Below, piece after piece: positions 31,984 through 42,526 of a DNA stretch of 64,000 nt. The translations under genes and the position numbers were made by a program. The notes under the pieces were generated by a model. That model was not told where the DNA came from and made no database searches. It worked only from the letters and a program-made list of their open reading frames with translations. The DNA is from Gammaproteobacteria bacterium (GTDB lineage: Bacteria > Pseudomonadota > Gammaproteobacteria > Eutrophobiales > Eutrophobiaceae), in NCBI GenBank assembly GCA_016193395.1, contig JACPSH010000047.1, positions 2,912 to 66,911 on the forward strand. Reading direction: 5' to 3'. How positions within the stretch are numbered: position 1 is the first letter of the stretch; every line of letters starts with the position of its first letter.

Positions 31984-31990
31984 CAAGGCG

Positions 31991-33370
31991 ATGTATTACG
32001 AATACTTCGGGCTGAAACAGCCGCCGTTCCGGATCACCCCGGACACGACCCTGTTTTTCCCCGGCGGCAACCGCGGGCCGATCCTCGAGGCGCTCGTGTA
32101 CGCGATCCTGAACGGCGAGGGGATTGTCAAGGTCGTGGGCGAAGTGGGGAGCGGCAAGACCATGCTCTGCCGGATGCTGGAGAAGGAGCTTCCGGGGCAC
32201 GTCGAGATCGTCTATCTCGCCAACCCCAGCCTGTCGCCGGAGAACATTCTGCACGCGATCGCCTTCGAGCTGAAACTGCCGGTGCAGCCGGTCACGTCGC
32301 GGCTGCAGGTCATGCAGGACCTGCAGAACTACCTGCTCGAACGTCATGCCGGGAACCGGCAGGTCCTGGTGTTCGTGGAAGAAGCGCAGGGCATGCCCAT
32401 CGCCACGCTCGAGCAGATCCGCCTGCTGAGCAACCTCGAAACCCAGCAGCACAAGCTCCTGCAACTGGTCCTGTTCGGGCAGCCGGAACTCGACGTCCGC
32501 ATGGCGCGCCCGGAGATCCGCCAGCTCAAGGAGCGCATCACCTACAGTTTTCACCTCAATCCATTCGCCGTGGACGATATCCGCGACTATCTGAATTCGC
32601 GCCTGCGTGCCTGCGGCTTCCGCGGCGCGGAGGTCTTCACGCCGGCCGCGGTGCGCGCCATTGCGCGTCATTCGAACGGGCTCGTCCGGCGCATCAACAT
32701 CCTGGCCGACAAGTCGCTGCTGGCTGCCTACGCGGACAATATGCACGAAGTTTCGGCGCGCCACGTCCGCCGCGCGGCATCCGACAGCGAATTCGCCTCC
32801 GGCCGCCACTACGTGTTCCCAACCCTGATAGGCGCTCTGGTCCTCACCCTGGCGGTTGGCATTCTGTGGTGGATCAACCGGACACCACCGAAGGAACCCG
32901 TCGCGGCACTCACGCCAACCCCGTCGGCTTCGGTTGAAGCGCGACCGGCGCCGGGGGCGGTTGTCACGGAGCGGGCGGCCGAGGAACCGGCAACCATTCC
33001 GTCGCCGGTACCCGACGCGGCCGTCGCCGCAAACCCGGAATCCCCTGTTCTGCAGCATGGTTCCGCGAGCGAGCGTTCAGAGGCTTTCCAACCTCAAGAC
33101 ACCCCCGTGCTCCCAGCGCCGGAAACAGCTGTGACGGAGCAGGCTTCCCCTGCGGGCGAGGTCCAGCTGCTCGGCATGAACGCCGTGTTCCGCGTACAGG
33201 ACTTCGGCGACTCGAGGCTTTCGCCCGAAGAATCCGACTTGCTTCAGAAGCAGCTCGCGGCGGTGCCGCCCGAGGAGGCGATCCCTGAAGGCCTGTCGCC
33301 AACTGGTGACGTGTGCAGACTTTGCTGGTCCATTATCTATAGACCCCTGAAAAGCCCAGAAAATCTTTAA
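31991..33370 (+). CDS. ExeA/MshM-family AAA ATPase
   Basis: MYYEYFGLKQPPFRITPD, GEVGSGKT, VEEAQ, LFGQPEL; TM segment and Pro-rich C-terminus. Confidence 0.88.
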   Translation: MYYEYFGLKQPPFRITPDTTLFFPGGNRGPILEALVYAILNGEGIVKVVGEVGSGKTMLCRMLEKELPGHVEIVYLANPSLSPENILHAIAFELKLPVQPVTSRLQVMQDLQNYLLERHAGNRQVLVFVEEAQGMPIATLEQIRLLSNLETQQHKLLQLVLFGQPELDVRMARPEIRQLKERITYSFHLNPFAVDDIRDYLNSRLRACGFRGAEVFTPAAVRAIARHSNGLVRRINILADKSLLAAYADNMHEVSARHVRRAASDSEFASGRHYVFPTLIGALVLTLAVGILWWINRTPPKEPVAALTPTPSASVEARPAPGAVVTERAAEEPATIPSPVPDAAVAANPESPVLQHGSASERSEAFQPQDTPVLPAPETAVTEQASPAGEVQLLGMNAVFRVQDFGDSRLSPEESDLLQKQLAAVPPEEAIPEGLSPTGDVCRLCWSIIYRPLKSPENL

Positions 33371-33464
33371 TTCTTAGAGACTTGTGATCCGGATATAATC
33401 GCCGGACAAGGCAGGCGAACCCCGGCGCAGACCGGGGAACAGGAATTGCATCAAACCAGCGAAT

Positions 33465-35096
33465 ATGTCCATGCGAAGAGTCTTCATCGTTCTGTTTGCC
33501 GGCCTGGTCTGCGCCGGCTGCGAACAGCTTGAGCCGAAGCCTTTCGAGCCGTCGCCCGGCCACATCAGCGCCGATGAGCCCGTGGCCGGGCAGCCGCAGA
33601 TCCCAGAACTGGTGCAGCAGGCGCCCGAACTGCCGGAGCCGGGCACGCCCGAGGAGCAGGAGAAGTACACGGTGGTCGTGCATGAAGTGCCGGTCAACGA
33701 AATCCTGTTTGCCCTGGCGCGCGACGCGAAGATCAACGTTGACATCGATCCACGCGTGGCGGGCGTGGTCACCCTGAACGCCGTGGACCAGAACCTGACG
33801 CAGCTCCTCGAACGCATCTCCCGGCAGGTGCCGATCCGCTACGAGATGAGCGACGGCAATCTGTTCATCATGCCGGACGAGCCGTACTTCCAGACCTACA
33901 AGATCAATTACGTCAATATGGCGCGGGATTCCGAAATCAAGGTGAAAATCGACACGCAGGTGTCGTCCGCCGGCGGGGGTGGCGGCGCGCCGGCGGGAGC
34001 CGGCGGCGGCAGCAGTTCGAGCACGGAAGTGGCCAGCGTATCCAACAACCGCTTCTGGAATTCGCTGGTCGCCAATGTACAGGCGATACTCAGCCAGGAA
34101 GAAGGCGGAGCGGCCGGCGGCGGTGCCGCGGGCGCGGGTGGCGGTGAACTGCCGGTGACGGAGAACGTCATCCCGCATGCGGAATCCGGACTGCTCACGG
34201 TCAAGGCGACCGCAAGCCAGCACAAAATGATCCAGGAATTGATCGACAACACTATCGCCGCCGCGCACAGGCAGGTCCTCATCCAGGCGACGATTGTGGA
34301 GGTCAACCTCAACAAGGACTACCAGGCGGGAATCGACTGGTCGTTCCTGAGCGAACAAGGGAAGGCGGGTTTCAACTTCACTTCGCTGGCGACCAGCGCC
34401 GCGGCCGGCATCGTGCCATTGGGAACGCCCTTGTCGTTTGTGCTGAGCTACGTCGACCCGAATACCGGCAGGGACCGCATCAATGCGACCGTTCGGTTGC
34501 TGGAACAGTTCGGCAATGTGAACGTGCTTTCCAGCCCCCAGATCATGGCGCTCAATAATCAGACGGCGGTACTGAAGGTGGTGGACAACGAAGTCTATTT
34601 CAGCGTCAACGTCGAGAGTGAAACCACCCAGACGGGTATCGTGGCGAAGACCATCGAAACCGAGATCCACACCGTGCCGGTGGGCATCGTCCTCAGCGTC
34701 ACGCCGCAGGTGAACGAGAACGATTCGATTATCCTCCAGGTGCGCCCGACGGTTTCGCGGGTGCGGGAGTTCGTCAACGATCCGAACCCGGAGCTGGACG
34801 AGGACACGCCGAACCCGGTGCCGGTTATCCAGACGCGCGAAATGGAATCCGTTCTGAGGATGAACAATGGCCAGATCGCCGTCCTAGGTGGTCTGATGGA
34901 GGATCGGGAAAGCTACACGGATACGTCGGTTCCGGGGTTGTCCAGGCTTCCCGTGGTGGGAGATGCCTTCAAGACCCGCGTCCGGGATCACGCGAAGTCC
35001 GAACTCGTGGTCTTCCTGAGACCGGTCGTCATCCGCAACCCCAGCCTCGAGGCCGACCTGGGCCAGTACAAGACGTTCCTCCAGCGCCGTCAGTGA
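33465..35096 (+). CDS. MshL-type secretin (lipoprotein)
   Basis: Lipobox VCAGC, QVLIQATIVEV, GIDW, VLSSPQIMALNNQTAVLKV, LGGLM, VPGLSRLP, SELVVFLRP. Confidence 0.9.
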   Translation: MSMRRVFIVLFAGLVCAGCEQLEPKPFEPSPGHISADEPVAGQPQIPELVQQAPELPEPGTPEEQEKYTVVVHEVPVNEILFALARDAKINVDIDPRVAGVVTLNAVDQNLTQLLERISRQVPIRYEMSDGNLFIMPDEPYFQTYKINYVNMARDSEIKVKIDTQVSSAGGGGGAPAGAGGGSSSSTEVASVSNNRFWNSLVANVQAILSQEEGGAAGGGAAGAGGGELPVTENVIPHAESGLLTVKATASQHKMIQELIDNTIAAAHRQVLIQATIVEVNLNKDYQAGIDWSFLSEQGKAGFNFTSLATSAAAGIVPLGTPLSFVLSYVDPNTGRDRINATVRLLEQFGNVNVLSSPQIMALNNQTAVLKVVDNEVYFSVNVESETTQTGIVAKTIETEIHTVPVGIVLSVTPQVNENDSIILQVRPTVSRVREFVNDPNPELDEDTPNPVPVIQTREMESVLRMNNGQIAVLGGLMEDRESYTDTSVPGLSRLPVVGDAFKTRVRDHAKSELVVFLRPVVIRNPSLEADLGQYKTFLQRRQ

Positions 35097-35128
35097 ACAA
35101 CCCGCCACGGGTCAGGAGGTAGAGCGCC

Positions 35129-36835
35129 TTGAGTCTATTGATGGACGCCTTGAAAAAGGCGGAGCAGGAAAAGAAGGAATCCGCGAAGCGTCTGGAACAG
35201 GCGACGGAACTTGCGCGGCTGGAACGCACCGGCGAGCAGCAGGCGGACATCACCTCCGAACACGCGGTCGCCTCCAGGCCCGAAGCCCCTGCCGCGGAAG
35301 ACTCTCCGCTGTCCCTCGAAGCGCTATCGCCGGACCCCGTTGCGTCGCCGTCGGAACCCGCGGCGACGCCCTTGCGGGACACATCGCCCCCGCTCCGTTC
35401 GCGGGACCTCGAGCTGGCTGCCTTCAACATGGAGATGGCGACGATGGTGCCCGGCGACAATGCGGGTGACAAGACGGAAGTGCGCGGAACTCCCCTCCCG
35501 GCGACAGCGAAAGCCCCGGCGGCAGAGGACATGGATCAGACGTTTCACGGTATCGAGCTCCCCGACGCGCCGCAGTCCGGCATGTACGAGGAAACGGTCC
35601 AGGGCGAGCAGTTCGATGCGGGCGAACCGGTCAAGGCCTATGAGGAGACCCTGCCTGGTGTGCCGGCCGTCCAGTTCGCGAAGGACATCGGCGGCAAGGA
35701 TCAGCCGACACCGGTGGCCGCGCAGACGGTATTTACGGCCGGTGAGGTGGGCCGGCAGGCGGATTCGGCGTGGCTGAAGTGGGCGTATATCGGTTTGCCC
35801 CTCGTCGCAGTCATTGCAGGAGGTATCTGGTATTACTATGCCGTCACGCCGGTCAGGCGGGCATTACCCTCGCCCTGGGTGGCCCGCGGCATTGAAACCG
35901 TCGTGCCCGGCCCGGCCGTGCCTGTGCCGTCGGCGGAATCGGCCGGCGCCGGCGCGGTCGCCCCTCCGGCAGCGACGGTGCTCGCACCGGAGACAGCGGC
36001 AACGGAAGTTCCCATGCCTATGGAACCAGGAGCAGGCGCGGCCCCGGCCGGAGCCGCGGCGCCCACGCCAGCGGCAATTCTGGAATCCGCGTCAGCGGCG
36101 ACAGAGCCCGTGCCCGGCGCAGCGGTCGCTGCCGTGCCGGTGGAAACCGGAGAAGACGAGGAACAGGAATCCGCCATTGAGGAACGACCGGCCCAGCCGG
36201 CGTTCGGTTCACCGCCCTCCCTGGTGAAAATCACCCGCGGCAAGAAACCGAGCGACGAGGGACTGCTGATCCGGCAGGCCTATTCCGACTATAACTCCGG
36301 CAACCTCGAGGCCGCGAAAAACGGCTACCTGGCCGCATTGTCCCGCCTGCCGGATAACGTGGACGTCCTGCTGGGCCTCGGCGCGATTGCCCTGAAGGAA
36401 GCCGATCTGACGCGCGCTCTCGAGGCGTACACGAAAGTGTTGAATCTGGATCCGCGCAACGAGACGGCGCTCGCGGCCCTGATCGGCCTGCAGAAAGACA
36501 GCGACCTGCAGGCGAGCGAAAGCGCGCTCAGGACCCTGCTGCTCGACAATCCGGACAATCCGTACCTGTACTTCACGCTCGGCACGGTATATGCCGCCCA
36601 GCAGCGCTGGGCCGAGGCGCAACTGGCCTTTTTCGATGCCTACCGCAACGATTCGGTGAATCCGGATTACGCGCTCAATCTTGCGGTCAGCCTCGACCGC
36701 CTGGGGCAGTACGACACGGCGCTCGATTACTACAACGTTGCGCTCAAGCTCGCCGATGATCGCAGGGCCGGGTTCGATCCCTCCGTGGTTCTCGCGCGCA
36801 TCCAGGCGCTGTCCGCGCCGCAGGTTACGCCGTGA
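35129..36835 (+). CDS. MshN-like TPR protein
   Basis: MSLLMDALKKAE N-terminus, central TM helix, C-terminal TPR repeats. Confidence 0.75.
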   Translation: MSLLMDALKKAEQEKKESAKRLEQATELARLERTGEQQADITSEHAVASRPEAPAAEDSPLSLEALSPDPVASPSEPAATPLRDTSPPLRSRDLELAAFNMEMATMVPGDNAGDKTEVRGTPLPATAKAPAAEDMDQTFHGIELPDAPQSGMYEETVQGEQFDAGEPVKAYEETLPGVPAVQFAKDIGGKDQPTPVAAQTVFTAGEVGRQADSAWLKWAYIGLPLVAVIAGGIWYYYAVTPVRRALPSPWVARGIETVVPGPAVPVPSAESAGAGAVAPPAATVLAPETAATEVPMPMEPGAGAAPAGAAAPTPAAILESASAATEPVPGAAVAAVPVETGEDEEQESAIEERPAQPAFGSPPSLVKITRGKKPSDEGLLIRQAYSDYNSGNLEAAKNGYLAALSRLPDNVDVLLGLGAIALKEADLTRALEAYTKVLNLDPRNETALAALIGLQKDSDLQASESALRTLLLDNPDNPYLYFTLGTVYAAQQRWAEAQLAFFDAYRNDSVNPDYALNLAVSLDRLGQYDTALDYYNVALKLADDRRAGFDPSVVLARIQALSAPQVTP

Positions 36836-38547
36836 CCGGCCCGCACAAGAAATACCTGCGCCTGGGAGAGATCCTGGTTCAGAAGGGCGTGACCACGCCC
36901 GACCAGATCGACATCGCCCTCACCGAGCAGAAGCGCACGCGCGAGCACCTCGGCAAGATCCTGGTGCGCCTGGGATTCGCGACCGAGGCGATCATCCGCG
37001 ATGTCATCGGCGGCGTCATCGGCCAGGAAAGCGTCGACCTGACGCGCGCGGTGGTCGACGCCGACGCCATCGGCCGCATCCCCAAGGACACGGCGCGACG
37101 GCTCAAGGTGCTGCCCCTCACATTTGACGCCAATTCCAATACCCTTACCGTGGCGATGGCCGACACCTTCGACGTCGTCGCGCTCGACCAGTTGAATGCC
37201 CTGCTCGGCGGCGCGACCGACCTGTCGCCGGTGCTGGCCGGCGAGGCGGAGATCGAGAAGGCGATCGACCAGTTCTACGGGTTCGAGCTGTCCGTGGACG
37301 GCATTCTGCGTGAAATTGAAACCGGGGAGATTGATTACCAGAGCCTGGACGCCGGCACCGACGAGTACAGCCAGCCGGTGGTGCGCCTGGTGAATGCGCT
37401 GATGTCAGACGCCGTGAAACGCGGCGCGTCAGACATCCATTTCGAGCCGGAAGAAGGATTTCTGCGCTTCCGTTACCGCATCGACGGCGTGTTGAGGCAG
37501 ATCCGCAGCCTGCACAAGAATTACTGGTCCGCGATCGCGGTGCGCCTGAAGGTGATGGCCGGCATGGACATCGCCGAGACGCGCGCGCCGCAGGACGGCC
37601 GCATTTCACTCGCGCTGTCCGGCCGCCAGGTGGATTTCCGCGTCTCCACGCTGCCGACGGTGCACGGCGAGAACATCGTCCTGCGCGTGCTCGACCGGCA
37701 GAAGGGCATCGTTTCGCTGGAAGAACTGGGGCTCAAGTCCGACGAGCTGACTTTGCTGAAACTCATGGTGGGGCGTCCGGAGGGCATCATCCTCGTGACC
37801 GGCCCGACCGGCAGCGGCAAGACGACCACGCTGTATTCGATCCTCAATTACCTCAACACCGAATCCGTGAACATCATGACGCTCGAGGACCCGGTGGAAT
37901 ACCCGACGACCATGATCCGACAGACCTCGGCGCAGGAGACCTCGCGTCTCGATTTCGCGAGCGGCATCCGCTCGATGATGCGCCAGGATCCGGACATCAT
38001 CCTCGTCGGCGAAATCCGCGATGAGGATACCGCGAGCATGGCGTTCCGCGCCGCGATGACCGGCCACCAGGTGTTCTCGACGCTGCACACGAATTCGGCG
38101 CTGGGCGCCATCCCGCGCCTGCTGGACATCGGCGTCTCGCCGGATATCGTCGCCGGAAACATCATCGGCATCGTCGCGCAGCGGCTGGTGCGCAAACTCT
38201 GCGCGGACTGCAAGCACCCGCACGAAATGTCCGACCTGGAACGCAACCTGCTGGGACTCAAGGCCACGGACCGGCACCAGATCATCTACGGCCCGCACGG
38301 CTGCCCGAAGTGCGACAACCAGGGCTACAAGGGCCGGATCGCGGTCATGGAAGTCCTGAAATTCGACCCCGACCTGGACGAACTGCTGGCGCGCAGGGGG
38401 ACTTCGCGGGAACTGTTGAGAATGGCGCTGTCGAAGGGCTTCAGGCCGCTCGCGGACGTCGGCACGCAGCGCGTGCTGGAAGGCTCGACGAGCCTCGAGG
38501 AAATCTCGCGCGTGGTCGACCTTACTTCGAGGCTCAAGCAGAAATAA
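36832..38547 (+). CDS. GspE/PilB/MshE assembly ATPase
   Basis: RLGEILVQKG (MshEN-like motif), ASDIHFEP, GPTGSGKTTTLY, RQDPDIILVGEIRD, STLHTN, CxxC pairs. Confidence 0.93.
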   Translation: MTGPHKKYLRLGEILVQKGVTTPDQIDIALTEQKRTREHLGKILVRLGFATEAIIRDVIGGVIGQESVDLTRAVVDADAIGRIPKDTARRLKVLPLTFDANSNTLTVAMADTFDVVALDQLNALLGGATDLSPVLAGEAEIEKAIDQFYGFELSVDGILREIETGEIDYQSLDAGTDEYSQPVVRLVNALMSDAVKRGASDIHFEPEEGFLRFRYRIDGVLRQIRSLHKNYWSAIAVRLKVMAGMDIAETRAPQDGRISLALSGRQVDFRVSTLPTVHGENIVLRVLDRQKGIVSLEELGLKSDELTLLKLMVGRPEGIILVTGPTGSGKTTTLYSILNYLNTESVNIMTLEDPVEYPTTMIRQTSAQETSRLDFASGIRSMMRQDPDIILVGEIRDEDTASMAFRAAMTGHQVFSTLHTNSALGAIPRLLDIGVSPDIVAGNIIGIVAQRLVRKLCADCKHPHEMSDLERNLLGLKATDRHQIIYGPHGCPKCDNQGYKGRIAVMEVLKFDPDLDELLARRGTSRELLRMALSKGFRPLADVGTQRVLEGSTSLEEISRVVDLTSRLKQK

Positions 38548-38553
38548 AACGGC

Positions 38554-39759
38554 ATGGATTTTTTCCGGTACAAGGCGATTGACCAGTTCGGGCGCGTGCA
38601 GATCGGCCAGGCCGATGCCATCAACATGGCGGATCTGGAGATGCGCCTGCGCAAGATGGGGCTCGACCTAGTCAACTGCAAGGAACTGAAGTCCGCGGGC
38701 AAGAGCGTCTCCGGCCGCGGCGTCAAGCGGCGCGACCTGATCCTGATCTGTTTCCACATGGAGCAGACTTCGCGCGCCGGCGTGCCGATGCTCGACAGCC
38801 TGCAGGACCTGCGCGACAGCACGGACAACCCACGCCTGCGCGAAGTCATTTCCGCCATGGGCGAGTCCATCGAGGGTGGCAAGACCCTGTCGCAGACCAT
38901 GACGGACTTCCCGGGCGTGTTCGACAAGGTATTTGCCAACCTGGTGCGCGCCGGCGAGCAGTCGGGCGAACTGAGCGAGGTGTTCCGGCGCCTGGGTGAG
39001 AGCCTGAAGTGGCAGGACGAGCAGGCCTCGCAGGCGCGCAAGCTGATCATGTACCCGGCGTTCGTCGGTTCGGTCGTGGCCGGCGTCCTGTTTTTCCTGA
39101 TGATCTACCTGGTGCCTGAGTTGCTCGCCTTCGTCAAGACCATGGGCAAGGAGCTGCCGGCGCACACGAAGGTCCTGATTTTCGTTTCCAACATTTTTGT
39201 CCACTACTGGTATCTGATCCTGATCCTGCCGGTGGTGGTCGTCGGCGGGGCAATGGTCATGGTCAATGTCAGTCCCCTGATGCGGCTGCGCTACGACACC
39301 CTGAAGCTCAACCTGCCCGTGCTCGGCCCGATCGTGAAGAAGATCATCCTGGCGCGGCTCGCCGGCTTTTTCGCGATGATGTATTCCTCCGGCATCACCA
39401 TCATCGATTGCATCCGCACCGGCGAGGACATTGCCGGGAACAAGGCCATCGAGAACGCGGTGCGCAACGTCGGCCAGCAGATCGCGGACGGCAAGAACCT
39501 GAGCGACAGTTTCGAATCGACCGGCCTGTTCCCGCCCCTGGTGCTGCGCATGATCCGCGTCGGCGAGAATACCGGGGCGCTGGAACAGTCGCTGGAGAAC
39601 GTCTCCTATTTCTACACGCGCGACGTGCGTGAATCGATCGAACGGCTCCAGGCCATGATCGAACCCACCATGACGATCATCCTGGGGGCTATCGTCGGCT
39701 GGGTCATGTTCTCCATACTCGGGCCAATCTATGATCTCATCTCTACTATCAAGATTTGA
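38554..39759 (+). CDS. GspF/PilC/MshG platform protein
   Basis: AGEQSGEL, YPAFV, FPPLVLRMIRVGENTGAL, IEP...GPIY. Confidence 0.92.
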   Translation: MDFFRYKAIDQFGRVQIGQADAINMADLEMRLRKMGLDLVNCKELKSAGKSVSGRGVKRRDLILICFHMEQTSRAGVPMLDSLQDLRDSTDNPRLREVISAMGESIEGGKTLSQTMTDFPGVFDKVFANLVRAGEQSGELSEVFRRLGESLKWQDEQASQARKLIMYPAFVGSVVAGVLFFLMIYLVPELLAFVKTMGKELPAHTKVLIFVSNIFVHYWYLILILPVVVVGGAMVMVNVSPLMRLRYDTLKLNLPVLGPIVKKIILARLAGFFAMMYSSGITIIDCIRTGEDIAGNKAIENAVRNVGQQIADGKNLSDSFESTGLFPPLVLRMIRVGENTGALEQSLENVSYFYTRDVRESIERLQAMIEPTMTIILGAIVGWVMFSILGPIYDLISTIKI

Positions 39760-41341
39760 GCTCGCGCGCCCCCGTGCGTTGTTCCTCGGCGCCCAGAAGG
39801 CCGCGGTCTATCACTGGCGCAAGGGCGACCTGGGCACGTCCTTCCTGTTCGACGCCAACGACGAGGGACGCGAATATTTCGCCCGTTATCTCAAGGAGAC
39901 GCCCAACACGCCGATGTACGTTCTGGTCGACGTGTTCGAGGAGGAATTCCGCCGCGACACGATCCCACACGTCTTCGGCCCGGATCGCACGGCCATCCTC
40001 GGCCGCAAGAAAAGCCGGCTGTTCCGCGATACCCCGTATTTTCATTATTTCCTGCAGGGACGCGAGCAGGAGGGGCGCCGCGACGATCGGGTGCTGTTGA
40101 CCTCGATCACGAATCCGAACCTGGTCCGGCCCTGGGTCAAGCTGCTGGACGAGCATCAGATCCCGCTCGCCGGGGTGTATTCCGTCCCGCTGTTCACCAA
40201 GTCAGTGCTGAAGCTGCTCTCCAAGCCGGGGGACCACATGCTGGTGATCAGCCTGCAGAGCATCAGCGGGCTGCGCCAGACTTTCATCCACAAGGGCGAT
40301 CTGCGCATCAGCCGCCTCGTGCAGATGCCGCGCTACGGCACGGAGCCCTACGGTCCCCACATCCGCCAGGAAGTGGACAAGATTCGCCGCTACCTGAACA
40401 ACATGCGGCTGACCACCGTCGACGATCCGGTCGATATCTACCTGTTGCTGGGCGGCGAGTTGCTCGACGAGATGCGCAGGCACTACACGGATTCGGGTCT
40501 GAACCGGTACCACATTCTGGATCTCAACGAACTCATGCAGGCGGCCGGTTCGGAACGCCGGGTGTCCACGCCGTTCAGCGACCAGTTTTTCGTCCACGAG
40601 CTGCTGAAGCAGCGTCCATCCAATTTGTACGCCACAGGCTCGGAGCGCCGTTATTTCACCATGCGCCGGCTGCGGCATTCCATGCACGCAGCGAGCGCGC
40701 TGCTGCTGCTGGGTGGCGCGGCCTGGGGCGGATACAATTTTATGGATGGCCTCAGCTACAAGCAGCGCAGTCTCGCGGATGTCCAGAAGACGCAGTTCTA
40801 CACCGCGCGTTACCAGATGGCGCGCGAGCGCCTGCCGCAAACGCCGGTAGAGCCGGCGGACATCCAGGTCGCCGTCGAACTGGCGGACGTTTTGAACCAG
40901 TACAAGACCACCCCGCTCGACATGATGAAAGTGATCAGCGCCGCGTTGCAGGGTGAGCCTTCGGTGCAGATTGACGATCTGCAGTGGGTAGCGAGCTTCA
41001 ACCCGGACGTCGAGCTGGGCAAGGAGGGGGGCGTGAAGCCGGGGCAGGCGGCACTCGCCGCGCCCATCGCCGTGTCCGGCCAGCCGGCTTACAAGTTCTA
41101 CCAGGTCGCACAGATGAGCGGCCGGCTGGATCCGTTCGACGGCAACTTCCGCAATGCCATCACGACCATCAACAATTTTGCGGAATCGCTGCGCGCAATG
41201 AAATCCGTGTACGACGTCAAGATCGTGTCGTTGCCGCTGGACGTCAGTTCCACCGCGAACCTCCAGGGCAACGTGCAAGCGCAGCAGAGCGAAGCCCGGT
41301 TCATCGTCAAGCTGGTCATCGGTATCGGCCATGAAGCGTGA
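39731..41341 (+). CDS. Pilus biogenesis protein, PilM/PilN- or MshI-like (putative)
   Basis: Long in-operon ORF with a cytoplasmic domain, one TM helix and a periplasmic part; assigned by position. Confidence 0.55.
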   Translation: MISSLLSRFELARPRALFLGAQKAAVYHWRKGDLGTSFLFDANDEGREYFARYLKETPNTPMYVLVDVFEEEFRRDTIPHVFGPDRTAILGRKKSRLFRDTPYFHYFLQGREQEGRRDDRVLLTSITNPNLVRPWVKLLDEHQIPLAGVYSVPLFTKSVLKLLSKPGDHMLVISLQSISGLRQTFIHKGDLRISRLVQMPRYGTEPYGPHIRQEVDKIRRYLNNMRLTTVDDPVDIYLLLGGELLDEMRRHYTDSGLNRYHILDLNELMQAAGSERRVSTPFSDQFFVHELLKQRPSNLYATGSERRYFTMRRLRHSMHAASALLLLGGAAWGGYNFMDGLSYKQRSLADVQKTQFYTARYQMARERLPQTPVEPADIQVAVELADVLNQYKTTPLDMMKVISAALQGEPSVQIDDLQWVASFNPDVELGKEGGVKPGQAALAAPIAVSGQPAYKFYQVAQMSGRLDPFDGNFRNAITTINNFAESLRAMKSVYDVKIVSLPLDVSSTANLQGNVQAQQSEARFIVKLVIGIGHEA

Positions 41342-41951
41342 AGATCTGGACTGGCCGGTGCTTACCGGCGCCCTGGTCACCCTGCTGGTCAGTATCGTCG
41401 TCAGCGGGCTGCTGATCGGCGGCAGTTACTATTTCCAGAAGCAGATGCTGCTTGAGTTCACGCGAAACAACGCGCAGTTCCAGGCCATCAGCCAGCGCTA
41501 CCTGGCGGTGGACGAGGAGGAGAAGCTGATCCGGAAGTTCTATCCGCGTTTCATCGAGCTATACAACAACGGCGTCATCGGCAAGGAGCAGCGACTGAAC
41601 TGGCTCGAGATCCTGCGGGATTCCGGGGAGAAGATCCGCGTGCCGGGCCTGAGCTACGAGATCAAGTCGCAGGAAGTCTACGCGCCGCAGTTCTCGGCTC
41701 AACTCGGCCGCTACCAGCTGTTCAACAGCAGGATGGCGCTGAACATGCAGTTGCTGCACGAGGGAGATCTGCTCAGCCTGTTCAGTATGCTCGACAGCCG
41801 GGCCGCCGGCACCTACAGCGTCTCGGAATGCAGGTTCTCCAGGGCCTCGACAGCGATCGACCTGAATCCGAGGAAGGGCAATATCATGACGAAGTGCGAC
41901 CTCAATTGGTTCACCATCAAGCTGGCCGATGGAAAAGACATCAAGGTTTAA
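41331..41951 (+). CDS. PilO/MshJ-like alignment protein (putative)
   Basis: N-terminal TM, coiled coil and LLHEGDL motif; overlaps both neighbours. Confidence 0.55.
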   Translation: MKREDLDWPVLTGALVTLLVSIVVSGLLIGGSYYFQKQMLLEFTRNNAQFQAISQRYLAVDEEEKLIRKFYPRFIELYNNGVIGKEQRLNWLEILRDSGEKIRVPGLSYEIKSQEVYAPQFSAQLGRYQLFNSRMALNMQLLHEGDLLSLFSMLDSRAAGTYSVSECRFSRASTAIDLNPRKGNIMTKCDLNWFTIKLADGKDIKV

Positions 41952-42501
41952 CCTGCTGCCCGCCCCGCGCGGCGCCTTGCTCGCTGCGGGGGCGGCATTG
42001 ATCCTGCTCGGCACCCTGAATTGCGCCGGGGCCGCCGAGCCGCTGGGAAGGTTGTTCACCTCGCCGCAGCAGCGCAAGCAGCTTGATGATCTGCGCGATG
42101 CGATTCCCGAGGGCGAGCAGATCGTCGCCCCGGAATTTCGGTCCGTGGAACCCGACGCGTCCGCGGTGCCCGAAGCGGCATCGGGCAGCGCGATCACCGT
42201 CAAGGGGCTCGTCCGGCGCGGCGAAGGCCGGAGCATGGCGTGGATCAACGACAGTAACACCTACGAAGGCGACCTGGCCTCGCAATACCTGCGGATTGAC
42301 AGCAACGATATACAGTCCGGCGGCGTACGGATCAGCGTCCCCGACCAGGAGCGGCCGATCAACGTCAAAGTCGGCGAAAGCTACAACCCCGCCAGCGGAC
42401 AGGTCGCCGATCTGGCCGCGGCAGAGGACGGGGCGGCTGCCGCGGAATCCCCCGTCCCGGCGGTTCCGCAGCCGGCTGCCGGCATCCCCGCGCCGCGATA
42501 G
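41929..42501 (+). CDS. Exported MshK-like pilus accessory protein (putative)
   Basis: Signal peptide then LGRLFTSPQQRKQLD and GLVRRGEGRSMAWIN. Confidence 0.55.
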   Translation: MEKTSRFNLLPAPRGALLAAGAALILLGTLNCAGAAEPLGRLFTSPQQRKQLDDLRDAIPEGEQIVAPEFRSVEPDASAVPEAASGSAITVKGLVRRGEGRSMAWINDSNTYEGDLASQYLRIDSNDIQSGGVRISVPDQERPINVKVGESYNPASGQVADLAAAEDGAAAAESPVPAVPQPAAGIPAPR

Positions 42502-42526
42502 CCCGCGGCCCCGGGCACCCCACCGC

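Noticed and set aside
30484-31986. Long antisense ORFs (e.g. 500 aa opposite the sigma54 regulator, 477 aa opposite the kinase, 485 aa opposite fimS)
   Set aside because: Shadow ORFs caused by GC3 bias; no motifs or expression signals.
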